NCBI GenBank assembly: GCA_963796685.1
Contig: CAWCMR010000013.1
Span: 160,001 to 224,000 of the forward strand
From: an uncultured delta proteobacterium
GTDB taxonomy: Bacteria > Myxococcota_A > Polyangia > Fen-1088
Length of the DNA: 64,000 bases
Direction of reading: 5' to 3'
A program made the position numbers and the translations under genes. The notes under the pieces are model-generated. The model was given only the letters and a program-made list of their open reading frames with translations, ran no database searches and was not told the origin of the DNA. Shown here one piece after another: positions 34,300-42,159 of the stretch. The number at the start of each line of letters is the position of its first letter. Position 1 is the stretch's first letter.

Positions 34300-34402
34300 A
34301 TTTGCTCACTGCGCGGCCCTCTGAGCCGCTTGCCGTTGCCTAACCTACACTGAAACGAAGATGGGGCAAGATAGGCATTTTTCGGCGGAACGCACGCAGT
34401 CC

Positions 34403-34430
34403 TTGACAGCACCGCGCCCGTTGCTACAAA
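34403..34430 (+). promoter_or_regulatory. Sigma70-type promoter for the tRNA pair
   Basis: TTGACA-N16-TACAAA about 40 bp upstream of tRNA-Gln. Confidence 0.55.
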
Positions 34431-34467
34431 TGTCATCCGCGGCGGGGACAGCCCGCCGAAAACTTAT

Positions 34468-34541
34468 TCGGGGATCGTCTAATGGCAGGACGCCAGACTC
34501 TGGATCTGGCTATTAAGGTTCGAATCCTTATCCCCGAACCA
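34468..34541 (+). tRNA. tRNA-Gln(CTG)
   Basis: Acceptor stem TCGGGGA/TCCCCGA, anticodon arm CCAGA-CTCTGGA-TCTGG, GGTTCGAATCC, encoded CCA. Confidence 0.95.
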
Positions 34542-34566
34542 GCTTCAAAAAGTTGCACTCGGCAAC

Positions 34567-34638
34567 GGCCCCATGGTCTAGCGGTTAGGACGGCGCCCTC
34601 TCACGGCGTAATCTCGGGTTCAAGTCCCGATGGGGTCA
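34567..34638 (+). tRNA. tRNA-Glu(CTC)
   Basis: Acceptor stem GGCCCCA/TGGGGTC, anticodon arm GCGCC-CTCTCAC-GGCGT, GGTTCAAGTCC; CCA not encoded. Confidence 0.95.
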
Positions 34639-34686
34639 CAACCTCCTGCATGTGCTCTCGCCTGGCAAACTCGGCCACGTTCCAGC

Positions 34687-34875
34687 CTACTTGCCAAGCC
34701 ACTTGGCCATCCGTCGCTTGGCCTCGTCCTGGTCGACCACGCACCCGGCTTCAACGTCGCGCAGGCCGCGTTCGATCTTCTTGCGAACGTAGATGTGGTG
34801 CTGGATATCCTCCAGCGAGGCGTTGTCGGGAAGGTCATCGAGGAGGCGGCGGACGGTTTCTTTGGCGGTGCGCAT
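34687..34875 (-). CDS. Small antitoxin of the type paired with RelE/ParE toxins; toxin partner reduced to a stub
   Basis: MRTAKETVRRLLDDLPDNASLEDIQHHIYVRKKIERGLRDVEAG.VVDQDEAKRRMAKW; an overlapping GTG at 34702 starts MAWQVGW and the toxin-like sequence then stops. Confidence 0.75.
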   Translation of the reverse strand: MRTAKETVRRLLDDLPDNASLEDIQHHIYVRKKIERGLRDVEAGCVVDQDEAKRRMAKWLGK

Positions 34876-35040
34876 GGCGGCGCTTACCCGGATAGGATAG
34901 CGCGCTTAGGGCTTCCATGACACCCTCCCCTGAGTGCCTCTTGGCTATCCCATCGGGATGGTTGCCAGGCCAAGGGGCAGTCTGGGAACACCCGACGGTA
35001 GGACTTGCGGCCGAATCCGTGGCAAGATAGGACGTATTCA

Positions 35041-35436
35041 ATGTCGACGTCTTCCGCGCTCTACACAACCGTTCCGCAGCACATGCCCGACGTGCTTTTC
35101 AGCCAGGGCCTTGCCGATCCGCGCAAGACGGCGAACTTTCTAGGCTTCAAGAACGAGGACGTCGCCACCGCTACGGGGGTGCCGCGCAGGTCTGTGCATC
35201 TTGGGGCCGGCATTCCGGCAGAAGTGCGGGAACGACTGACCGAGATCGCAACCATCTGCGCGCTGGTGATGGACCACTTCTCCGGCGATGAAGACAAGAC
35301 CCACTTGTGGTTCACGACGCGGAATCCGCTTCTGGGCAATCTTTCGCCCCGCGAGATGATACGTCTAGGGCTCTATCGAAAGGTGTTGCGGTTCGTCCAG
35401 GAAGCGCGTGGTCAGGAGCCGCCCCTAGCAGCGTGA
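35041..35436 (+). CDS. Xre/MbcA/ParS-type antitoxin
   Basis: C-terminal DEDKTHLWFTTRNPLLGNLSPREMI motif; GTGA-coupled to the RES gene. Confidence 0.85.
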   Translation: MSTSSALYTTVPQHMPDVLFSQGLADPRKTANFLGFKNEDVATATGVPRRSVHLGAGIPAEVRERLTEIATICALVMDHFSGDEDKTHLWFTTRNPLLGNLSPREMIRLGLYRKVLRFVQEARGQEPPLAA

Positions 35437-36362
35437 CAAAGCGTGGCCAGAGGCGGTTCATCCACCGCCCGCGCATCAATCCCACACCGTCTGTTCCGGT
35501 GGTGCGTATCTTCGACACATTCACGCTGGAGTCTCTTCGCAAAGGGCCTCGGATCATGGCCGAGGTCCTACGGTTTGCGTGGGACCACTACTCCGCGCTT
35601 CAGCATCAGCGTTCGGCGGTTGCCGAGGCAATTGCCGAGGCGCTCGCCCGTGCCAGATCCGGCCCGTTTCCGTTCAGAGCATGGATGCGAGTCGTTGACT
35701 ACCGGTATACCAATCACCCTTTGTCAGTCGTCGGGAGCGTCAAGTCGATAGCGGGTGGCCGGTTCAACATCGGCGACCTCGATCCGATCAAGTTTGCGCC
35801 GTTCCCCGCGCTTTATCTGGCATCGGACCATGCGACGGTCTTGGCGGAGACACTTGGGCAACCTGGCGACTCCGACGGGCTCACTCAAAACGAACTGGCG
35901 CTACGAAGCAAGCGGTCCTATTCGTGCGTGGCCGTGAACGGGCTGATGGAGACGGTGATCGACCTCTCGAAGATGGACCGACTTCGCCAATTCGTGGACG
36001 TCATTGGGAAGTTCAAGCTGTCGGTCTCCATCCGCGAGGATGCGAAACGCCTCGGGATTCCGGGTGCAATTGTCTCGTCCATTGCTGGCCTGGAGACGGC
36101 TCTATTTGCGTTGCACTGGCGGGCTATGCCGATGCAGATGGGCGTTCCCGCATCATCCCAAATATTCGGACAGCTTGTTGCCCGTGCTGGAATCGAGGGC
36201 ATCGTCTTTCCGTCGGTAAGATCGGACTCGGGTGGAACGTCGCTGGCCGTGTTCCCCCAAAACCTTCAGGGCGATTCTTTCGTCGAGCTTGCCGATCCTG
36301 CGGCGCCCGCGACCAAGCACGCTCGTTTGGATGCCAAGACTTGGCGCACCTTTTTGTGCTGA
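35433..36362 (+). CDS. RES-domain toxin (NAD+ phosphorylase/mART family)
   Basis: GGRFN, ALYLASDHATVLAE, SQIFGQ, GIEGIVFPSVR, LAVFPQNL; conserved R, E and S residues present. Confidence 0.88.
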   Translation: MTKRGQRRFIHRPRINPTPSVPVVRIFDTFTLESLRKGPRIMAEVLRFAWDHYSALQHQRSAVAEAIAEALARARSGPFPFRAWMRVVDYRYTNHPLSVVGSVKSIAGGRFNIGDLDPIKFAPFPALYLASDHATVLAETLGQPGDSDGLTQNELALRSKRSYSCVAVNGLMETVIDLSKMDRLRQFVDVIGKFKLSVSIREDAKRLGIPGAIVSSIAGLETALFALHWRAMPMQMGVPASSQIFGQLVARAGIEGIVFPSVRSDSGGTSLAVFPQNLQGDSFVELADPAAPATKHARLDAKTWRTFLC

Positions 36363-36375
36363 CGGACTAGTCTAG

Positions 36376-36627
36376 TCAGCCATCGGCCAGTTCTCGCCTG
36401 AGCGAGCTCATGTCCACCGCGAAGGCATCCACATCCTCGCGGGCCAGGGCCAGGATGAAATCCGTGCGGCCAAGCCCAGCCAGCTGCGCGGCGCGCTCTT
36501 GCGAGATGAGGCCGCGCGAATACCAGTGGACGGCGGCGGCGAGACGCAGATCGCCGGCCATTTCGTCGGGAGACCGACGAAGCGCGGAGAAGGTTTCCTC
36601 GGGCAGTTGCACTTGAACCGTGACCAT
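36376..36627 (-). CDS. UPF0175-family antitoxin; PIN toxin partner missing
   Basis: LRLAAAVHWYSRGLISQERAAQLAGLGRTDF; the overlapping downstream start reads ATG GCT GAC TAG (MAD*). Confidence 0.85.
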   Translation of the reverse strand: MVTVQVQLPEETFSALRRSPDEMAGDLRLAAAVHWYSRGLISQERAAQLAGLGRTDFILALAREDVDAFAVDMSSLRRELADG

Positions 36628-36642
36628 GAGCTTGCGACAAGC

Positions 36643-36702
36643 CTACCACGACAACGCGTCTGGCGTTTCGGCGCGGGCATCGGGGTGGTAGCGGACCTTC
36701 AC
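36643..36702 (-). pseudogene. ParE/RelE toxin N-terminal stub
   Basis: GTGA-coupled MKVRYHPDARAETPDALSW* resembles the ParE N-terminus and ends after 19 codons. Confidence 0.6.
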
Positions 36703-36917
36703 CGGCCAGCCCGTGCGCGAAGACGTCTGGCGGCCTCGGCGTGGACTTCATCAGCATCGACCAAGGCCACCTTGCCATCCGCCACATCGCGCGCGCGGCG
36801 ATCAATCTCGGCCGCCCAAAGGGCGTCCGCGTTGGGATCGGCGTCTTCGGCGTCCAGGCTGGCGATGAGATCATCCGCCGCTGGCCTGGTCTTGGTCGAC
36901 CGCGCGCCCGGCATCAT
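36699..36917 (-). pseudogene. Addiction-module antitoxin (TIGR02574-like) with chimeric, truncated N-terminus
   Basis: LIASLD...DALWAAEIDRRARDVADGKVALVDADEV; the 5' ~45 bp resemble an out-of-frame piece of the 34687-34875 gene. Confidence 0.65.
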
Positions 36918-37417
36918 GGCAACTCTTCGTCGGCCAAACGAAGCACGGCCGCGCGTGTTTGCGCGTCCAGCCTGAATCGAAGAGCCGCGAGGCGATCGAG
37001 AACTGGGGCGACCGCGTCCAGAAAACCTTGCTGTTTGGCTTTCACCAAAACACCGGCTGTGCCGGTGAAGCGAACACCCAGATGGCCAGCGTAGCGGCGG
37101 GCGAGGCCGTCGTCGATGATCAGGATCGCGCCTGGCGTTTCTGCTGCCAGCGCAAGGGCTTCACGTTCTCCTGGCCCAAGGTCGCTCACTGCGGGCAAGA
37201 TGGCCATGCTCTGTGGGCGCACGATGCGCACCCAGGGAAAAGCGGTCGGGTCCGGAAGATCGAATCCCAGCGCGCGGCCAGCTGCCAGTTCCTGGACCAC
37301 GGCCGGTGGCACCAGGATCTCCTCGTACAGCTTCACCAGCAGATCGGTCAGGCCACACTGATGAAGGTACTGGAGCGGCGACGTGTTCGCGATCGTGACC
37401 GGACGCGGGTCAGGCAT
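36914..37417 (-). CDS. DUF3368 PIN-domain toxin
   Basis: IANTSPLQYL, ILVPPAVVQEL, LGPGEREALALA, LIIDDGLARR, FTGTAGVLVKAK. Confidence 0.9.
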   Translation of the reverse strand: MPDPRPVTIANTSPLQYLHQCGLTDLLVKLYEEILVPPAVVQELAAGRALGFDLPDPTAFPWVRIVRPQSMAILPAVSDLGPGEREALALAAETPGAILIIDDGLARRYAGHLGVRFTGTAGVLVKAKQQGFLDAVAPVLDRLAALRFRLDAQTRAAVLRLADEELP

Positions 37418-37658
37418 TCCGGACGTCTCGGGCAATTTCTTCGTCGGACAGCTTGAACACGGGAACGTCGTAGTCGGCCAGCTTGGTCATGAAGACTGGC
37501 TTGGGCAGGCCCGCTAGTTGAGCGGCGGCGCCAGCCGCGAGGCGCCCCATCTCGTATAGCTTCACAGCCGCGACCAACACGACCTCGCGCTCGGCGGCGT
37601 CCGCGCTCAGCTTCAACGCCAGCAGCGTTTCATCTGGGATGTTCAGGTGCCCGACCAT
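37410..37658 (-). CDS. UPF0175-family antitoxin
   Basis: AAVKLYEMGRLAAGAAAQLAGLPKPVFMTKLADYDV; overlaps the DUF3368 start. Confidence 0.88.
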   Translation of the reverse strand: MVGHLNIPDETLLALKLSADAAEREVVLVAAVKLYEMGRLAAGAAAQLAGLPKPVFMTKLADYDVPVFKLSDEEIARDVRNA

Positions 37659-37945
37659 GAAATGAACCTTACCACAGGGCTGATCCCTGAGCCGAGGAGG
37701 ATGCCATCGCGTCCCAAACACACCCCATCGGGTCGTTTGCCACGGCCGAAATTTTTGCCACGCTTTTGCCATGAAGTCCGACTTTGTGGTGGTCTTCTGC
37801 GGATAGACGCGGCTCGAAACGGAACGACCCCACCGAGCTGAACACCTGAAAACCACTCAGAAAACCAGCGCAAGGCCGCGTCGCGCCTGGGTCTTTTCTA
37901 AATGGCTTGCAGGTGTTTCAAGTCCCGATGGGTCACAAGGATTCG

Positions 37946-38035
37946 TCGGCCAGCTCTCGCCTGAGCGAACCTTCACCGGCTAGCCCGCGCGCGAAGACGT
38001 CTAGCGGCCTCGGCGTGGACTTCGTCAGCATCGAC
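37946..38035 (-). repeat. Fused copies of two antitoxin 3' ends outside the tRNA-Glu att repeat
   Basis: 37946-37968 matches 36383-36405 (1 mismatch); 37969-38035 matches 36695-36761 (4 mismatches in 67 bp). Confidence 0.85.
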
Positions 38036-38160
38036 GCTGCCACGGCGCCGTTCAGGTCACGGATCAAGGGGGCCCAGTCCTTGGCGCTGTGCCGGGGACG
38101 CCCACCGAATCGCTAGAAACAAGGCGAAATACGCAGCGTTTCCGCGTCCTGGTCCCCGAA

Positions 38161-38182
38161 GTTACCCCCAAAGTTACCCCCA
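38161..38182. promoter_or_regulatory. Integrase arm-type sites, distal att
   Basis: GTTACCCCCA-AA-GTTACCCCCA, the same tandem repeat as 49848-49869. Confidence 0.8.
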
Positions 38183-38217
38183 GAGGCGCGGCCCTAGAGT
38201 GGTTCGATTCCCGTTCT

Positions 38218-38502
38218 TCACTCGTCGCCGCGACCGCGCTTGGGCACGAGGGTAGCAAGGTCGAAGCGCAAAGTTCTGCCGACACGCTGGCAAGGAATCG
38301 AGCCGTCCTTCACTCGGCGCCACAGCGTCGCGCGCGAGATGCCGAGGATCCTCATTGCATCTTCCGGCCTTCCAAGCGCCGACGGCGCAGCGGCGCGAAG
38401 CTGCTCGACGGCGATGATCAGCCGGTCCACCCGTACAGCCAGCGCGGCGACAGCTCGCCTTGTGGCGCGGACCTCGGCAAGCGTGGCCGTGGGACGGCTC
38501 AC
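38218..38502 (-). CDS. Excisionase-like HTH protein
   Basis: AMRILGISRATLWRRVKDGSIPCQRVGRTLRFD; GTGA-coupled to the upstream gene. Confidence 0.75.
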   Translation of the reverse strand: MSRPTATLAEVRATRRAVAALAVRVDRLIIAVEQLRAAAPSALGRPEDAMRILGISRATLWRRVKDGSIPCQRVGRTLRFDLATLVPKRGRGDE

Positions 38503-39077
38503 GGAAAGAGGACACCCCGGTGGACATCGCGGACCCATTCGGCGGCCGCTCTAGGTGCTTCGTCGCGAAACTCGCGTGTTCCAAGCCCCCAGAGCAAGTC
38601 GATGCTCCGAAGGTAGGTCAAAACGCGTTCGTCCTCGTCGCTGCTACCAAGTATGCACTGGTGTTCGCCACCGATGTGCCTGTCAAAGCTGCCCAACTCG
38701 ACCGGCCAAGAATCGCCGTCGATGGACTTGCTGAATTCCCCAAGACGTCGTTGGTAGTCAACGATATCGGATGCGAAGTAGAACCTTGCCGCGACCCTAA
38801 CGGTCAATGTGCCTTTGTGTTCACCGATGAACTGAACCGGCGAAAGCAAGCCCGCCATGTACAGCTTCTCGATTACTTCGAACACTCGGACGTCGTGGTC
38901 CGAGTCCCACAAGACCGCGAGCGTGTGCACATGGGGAAGTTCCAGCCTCTCCCGCATCACGTCCAGCCATTCGGCACAGCGAACGATGCTGTAGTGGGTG
39001 TCCCACCCCAGGCCGACCGCCTCGGGCTGGTCGTAGATTGTCGAAAGGAGCGTGGAATACTGACGTGTTTCGCGCAT
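38499..39077 (-). CDS. Hypothetical cargo protein (192 aa, lower GC)
   Basis: GGAGG RBS before ATG 39077; globular composition; WDSDHDVRV and IGEHKGTL motifs; no family recognised. Confidence 0.7.
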   Translation of the reverse strand: MRETRQYSTLLSTIYDQPEAVGLGWDTHYSIVRCAEWLDVMRERLELPHVHTLAVLWDSDHDVRVFEVIEKLYMAGLLSPVQFIGEHKGTLTVRVAARFYFASDIVDYQRRLGEFSKSIDGDSWPVELGSFDRHIGGEHQCILGSSDEDERVLTYLRSIDLLWGLGTREFRDEAPRAAAEWVRDVHRGVLFP

Positions 39078-39269
39078 TGGTTTCCTCCGGTTTCGTAGGA
39101 AGTCGTGGGTTCCCCCACTGCGCCGACGCTTTCGGCATCGACGCGACTTGGAGCAGGATAGCATCGTGTCCGGTCGCCCGTCGAATGTATCGGCGAGCTC
39201 GGCCGGGGTTGCGCGGTCCAACCATCGGCCAACCACGCCGAAACGGGGTGGCCCACGGTTCGTCATGAT

Positions 39270-39347
39270 CTGCGGGTGACGCCAGCGGATGGCAGCGGGG
39301 TCACTGATCACGTTTTGGAGATTGGGGAGATCGTGGATCTACTCGGG
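39270..39347 (+). pseudogene. IS1-like transposase C-terminal remnant
   Basis: Degenerate LRVTPA(M)AAGVTDHV(W)EIGEIVDLL, resembling the TPAMAAGxTDHxW tail of IS1-type transposases. Confidence 0.55.
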
Positions 39348-39358
39348 CCGGAGAACGC

Positions 39359-39859
39359 TCACCGCGAGATCAGAGCTTGGGTTCTTGCCTTTTCTGCGCG
39401 CTCTTTGCGTCGGCTTGAAGTGCCGGTGATGAATGTTATGACTATTCCCGCAACGCCCGTGCCGCCTATCGCTGCACCCGCCGCATCATGCCCATTTAGG
39501 ACCGCATACGTTCCACAGGCGATCATGGCCAAGGTGAGTACGAATCCGCAGACAACGCCAGCGGTTGCGCGAAAGTTCTCACCGCCGAGCGCAGTCGTCT
39601 CCATGGCCATCCTGTGCTCACCCTGCCTATTCGCCATGTCGACAATTTTTGCCGCGAGGCCTGGAACTACCTTGTCATATCCAGCAAGGACGTCTGGATG
39701 GGGGATAGGGCCGGAGAAGCTCGTTTGCGTGTGCGAAAGTGATACTGCCGCAGCGGCGGCGTTCCCGTTGCCTTGCAGAGCGATTGGGGATTGCCTAGCG
39801 ATCTGATGGTGACGGCCCATGGGTAGCCGACGGCGCTTTCTGCTTTTCCTCTTCCCCAT
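39359..39859 (-). CDS. DUF2335-like membrane protein
   Basis: SFSGPIPHPDVLAGYDKVVPGLAAKIVDMANRQGEHRMAME followed by two TM helices. Confidence 0.8.
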   Translation of the reverse strand: MGKRKSRKRRRLPMGRHHQIARQSPIALQGNGNAAAAAVSLSHTQTSFSGPIPHPDVLAGYDKVVPGLAAKIVDMANRQGEHRMAMETTALGGENFRATAGVVCGFVLTLAMIACGTYAVLNGHDAAGAAIGGTGVAGIVITFITGTSSRRKERAEKARTQALISR

Positions 39860-40049
39860 GCACCGCATCTATCGCATTACACAAGTCTTGTCCAACTGCG
39901 CACCAGTCCGACGCCAACGCACGAGCGTCCGCTGTAGGGCCATCCGGCGAACGATTAAATTCGGTGAGCGTTCCACCCAAATCAAGAATCCTGGCCATTC
40001 CTTCAAAGAAGGATGGCCGCGCAAAGAGAAGGTCACTCATCTGAGTCAT
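39795..40049 (-). CDS. Small hypothetical protein upstream of the DUF2335 gene
   Basis: LFARPSFFEGMARILDLGG...ADARALASDWCAVGQDL. Confidence 0.65.
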   Translation of the reverse strand: MTQMSDLLFARPSFFEGMARILDLGGTLTEFNRSPDGPTADARALASDWCAVGQDLCNAIDAVHGEEEKQKAPSATHGPSPSDR

Positions 40050-40260
40050 TCGTACAGATCCCATTTTACACTATGATCACCAGGATCAACTCTTCCGATT
40101 GGATGGCTCAAAACGTCTCTCGGTTCACGTGTGAATGCACTTCCTAGCACATCATCGCTGGAATCAAGAGAACCTTGAACATTAGCTGCAAAGCGCGTCA
40201 TCCACCTTACCACCCCTGCACCGTCCCTTTCGCCACTTTGGCCACGCCCCGCCACGCCCT

Positions 40261-40781
40261 TCACCCCTTCGTCCGGCTCGGCGACGTTGCCCACGGTTGA
40301 TCAACGATTTCGGCCGCCGGCTCTCGAGCAGTCTTCAGGGCCTCCGCTGTACATTGGAACGTCCTACGTACGAAAGCCCGATCGCCGCCTGCACAACCGG
40401 CAACGGCGCGCCGCCGGGAAACTGATCGGCGATATCCAGGGCGCAGCTCTTGTCCGCGGGCACTTCGGCCGGTTCGCGGTCGGGAAAGTTCAGCTTGATC
40501 GATCCTCGCGGGCTCACGTCGAGGTAGTTGTTGAATCGACAAGAAACCCACGGGCACGGCCTGGGGCCGTCTATGCAGTCACCGCGGGTCTTGGGCCGCT
40601 CCACGTCGCTGGGGTATTCCACCACCTCGCCAAACCATCGGTCGCGCAAGGCCCGCTGGGAATCCGGCGCTGCGGGGTGTTGCTGGTGGTAGGCAGCCAT
40701 CCCGGCTTGACCATGCCGCGTGACCACGCCGATTCCATCGCGCCACGATTCGAGCTGCCGAAGGTTTATCGATTTCCGCAC
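40261..40781 (-). CDS. Cys-rich DNA-binding protein with sigma region-4-like HTH (probable frameshift near 40365)
   Basis: RPKTRGDCIDGPRPCPWVSCRFNNYLDVSPRGSIKLNFPD...SCALDIAD; the HTH continues IGLSY|RTFQCTAEALKTARE in the adjacent frame. Confidence 0.6.
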
Positions 40782-40787
40782 GAGGCC

Positions 40788-41081
40788 TCACGCGGTCGGC
40801 GCTTCGAGTAGTGCCACCAACCTGGGTGGGAGCCACGCGGGCACGCAGTCGAGATGGTCCAGGACAGATCGCAGCCGATTGAGCACGCGATTGACTTGCA
40901 CGTGCGATGGCTTCCCGGCTGCCACAAAAGCGGCTAGGTTTGCATCGAGTGAGCCTTGTGTGCGTCCAAGCGTCTCGATTGCCCAACAGTCGAACGCCAG
41001 CACGGCCAGCGTGAGGTTGCCCCGCACGTCCAGCAGCACGGGGGATTCCTCGCCGCGAAGGTCTTGCTCGGCCGCGGTCAC
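40788..41081 (-). CDS. Hypothetical protein
   Basis: GTGA-coupled ORF in the satellite operon. Confidence 0.5.
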   Translation of the reverse strand: MTAAEQDLRGEESPVLLDVRGNLTLAVLAFDCWAIETLGRTQGSLDANLAAFVAAGKPSHVQVNRVLNRLRSVLDHLDCVPAWLPPRLVALLEAPTA

Positions 41082-41440
41082 GTTCCAGCCTCGGTTGAGA
41101 TCAGCTTGACCGCGGACACCACGGCGCGGGCAAACGTCCGGGCATCCTTCCCGCCCAAAGACCAGCAGATGTCGGTGCTACTGCGGACTGGCCACCATCG
41201 ACCGGCCGTGTCCTGATGCCACCGACGAATCAGAATCCTAGCTGGCCGCCCAGCGGTAGGTGGTTGGCTGGTGATTCGCAACTCGCTGCCGTTCTTGATT
41301 GCGATCGCTCCGTGGAGCCGGTGGGCCGCCTCCGGGCCGCGGTCGGTTGCTGGGCGCGGGCGTGCCGGCGTGGGCGCTGGCGTCTCGGCTTCGCCAAAGC
41401 CATGAAAGGCGAGGCGGGCGGATGTGTTGGGCGAGTTCAT
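41078..41440 (-). CDS. PC4/YdbC-like ssDNA-binding protein
   Basis: ELRITS...ILIRRWHQDTAGRWWPVR resembles the PC4-fold DIRxWYxDxxGEWxP motif; ATGA-coupled. Confidence 0.5.
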   Translation of the reverse strand: MNSPNTSARLAFHGFGEAETPAPTPARPRPATDRGPEAAHRLHGAIAIKNGSELRITSQPPTAGRPARILIRRWHQDTAGRWWPVRSSTDICWSLGGKDARTFARAVVSAVKLISTEAGT

Positions 41441-42033
41441 AGGCCCTTCGCCTCGCGGGCCAAGGACGCCTGCGCCTCCTCCCCGTAGATCGAGCCCAGT
41501 TCCGGATCCCCGAGAAGCAGGTGCAGCGCATCGTCGATGAAGCCTTCGATGTGATTCACGTCGAGATCGGATAGGTCGCGTTTGCGGGCGATGACTTTTG
41601 CCCAAACGAGTGACTCCCGCGCCGAGCGCAACCAGCGCCCGAAACTCTCAAGCTCTGCGTTCAGCCGGCGGGATTTCTTGGCTCTGGCGATGTCGCCCAG
41701 CACCTCGCGATGCCAGGCTAGACACTTGTTGGCCTCGGCGATGAGCGATGCCCGATCCGTGCGGCTGAGTTCGCCGAGTTCGGCCGCTACCGCCGCCGAA
41801 TGCCGCTCGTATTCCGTCTCGGGCGCCGGCGCGCCCCCATCTGGCGGACACCATTTTCCCGACGGGATCCACGAACGCATCGCGAGGTCAGGATTGATGA
41901 TGGTGATGTGGCTGCGCTTGCCGGGTTTCCCGGTGATGCGCACCGCTGCCGCGGGAATCAGGCCGTCGCGGACCGCGCGCGCAACGGTTCTCCGGGAGCA
42001 TCCGCGTAGCTTCGCAAATTCCTCTGTTGTCAT
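41437..42033 (-). CDS. Putative terminase small subunit (lambda Nu1-like winged HTH plus helical domain)
   Basis: AAGGAG RBS; MTTEEFAKLRGCSRRTVARAVRDGLIP...IINPDLAMRSW N-terminus, helical C-terminus; preceded by a cos-like intergenic region. Confidence 0.6.
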   Translation of the reverse strand: MTTEEFAKLRGCSRRTVARAVRDGLIPAAAVRITGKPGKRSHITIINPDLAMRSWIPSGKWCPPDGGAPAPETEYERHSAAVAAELGELSRTDRASLIAEANKCLAWHREVLGDIARAKKSRRLNAELESFGRWLRSARESLVWAKVIARKRDLSDLDVNHIEGFIDDALHLLLGDPELGSIYGEEAQASLAREAKGL

Positions 42034-42159
42034 AGTGTGTTTCTCCTTACGTGAGACAAGATGGGACATTCTTTTTCGGTGTTGTGCAGACACGTGGCGG
42101 GGCTCCTAGGCGCCGCGTCGTCCAAAACGGCCCAAAGGAGGTACCCCCGTCCGGGCCCG

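Larger units (their letters stand above)
34619..37938. mobile_element. Integrase-less toxin-antitoxin island inserted at the tRNA-Glu 3' end
   Basis: Direct repeat TTCAAGTCCCGATGG(G)GTCACAA at 34619-34641 and 37917-37938; TTTGCCA x3 arm-like repeats at ~37736-37771; contents are TA genes only. Confidence 0.8.

Noticed and set aside
34639-34641. Missing CCA on tRNA-Glu (and tRNA-Leu) as damage from integration
   Set aside because: The att copy also reads CAA, and many bacteria add CCA post-transcriptionally.
37680-37687. CTGATCCC as a trans target of the other c4-like loop
   Set aside because: An 8-nt match is expected by chance in 64 kb and it lies upstream of the likely -10 element, so it is probably not transcribed.
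37917-37938. Second tRNA-Glu gene
   Set aside because: Only the 3' 22 nt are present; it is the att duplication.
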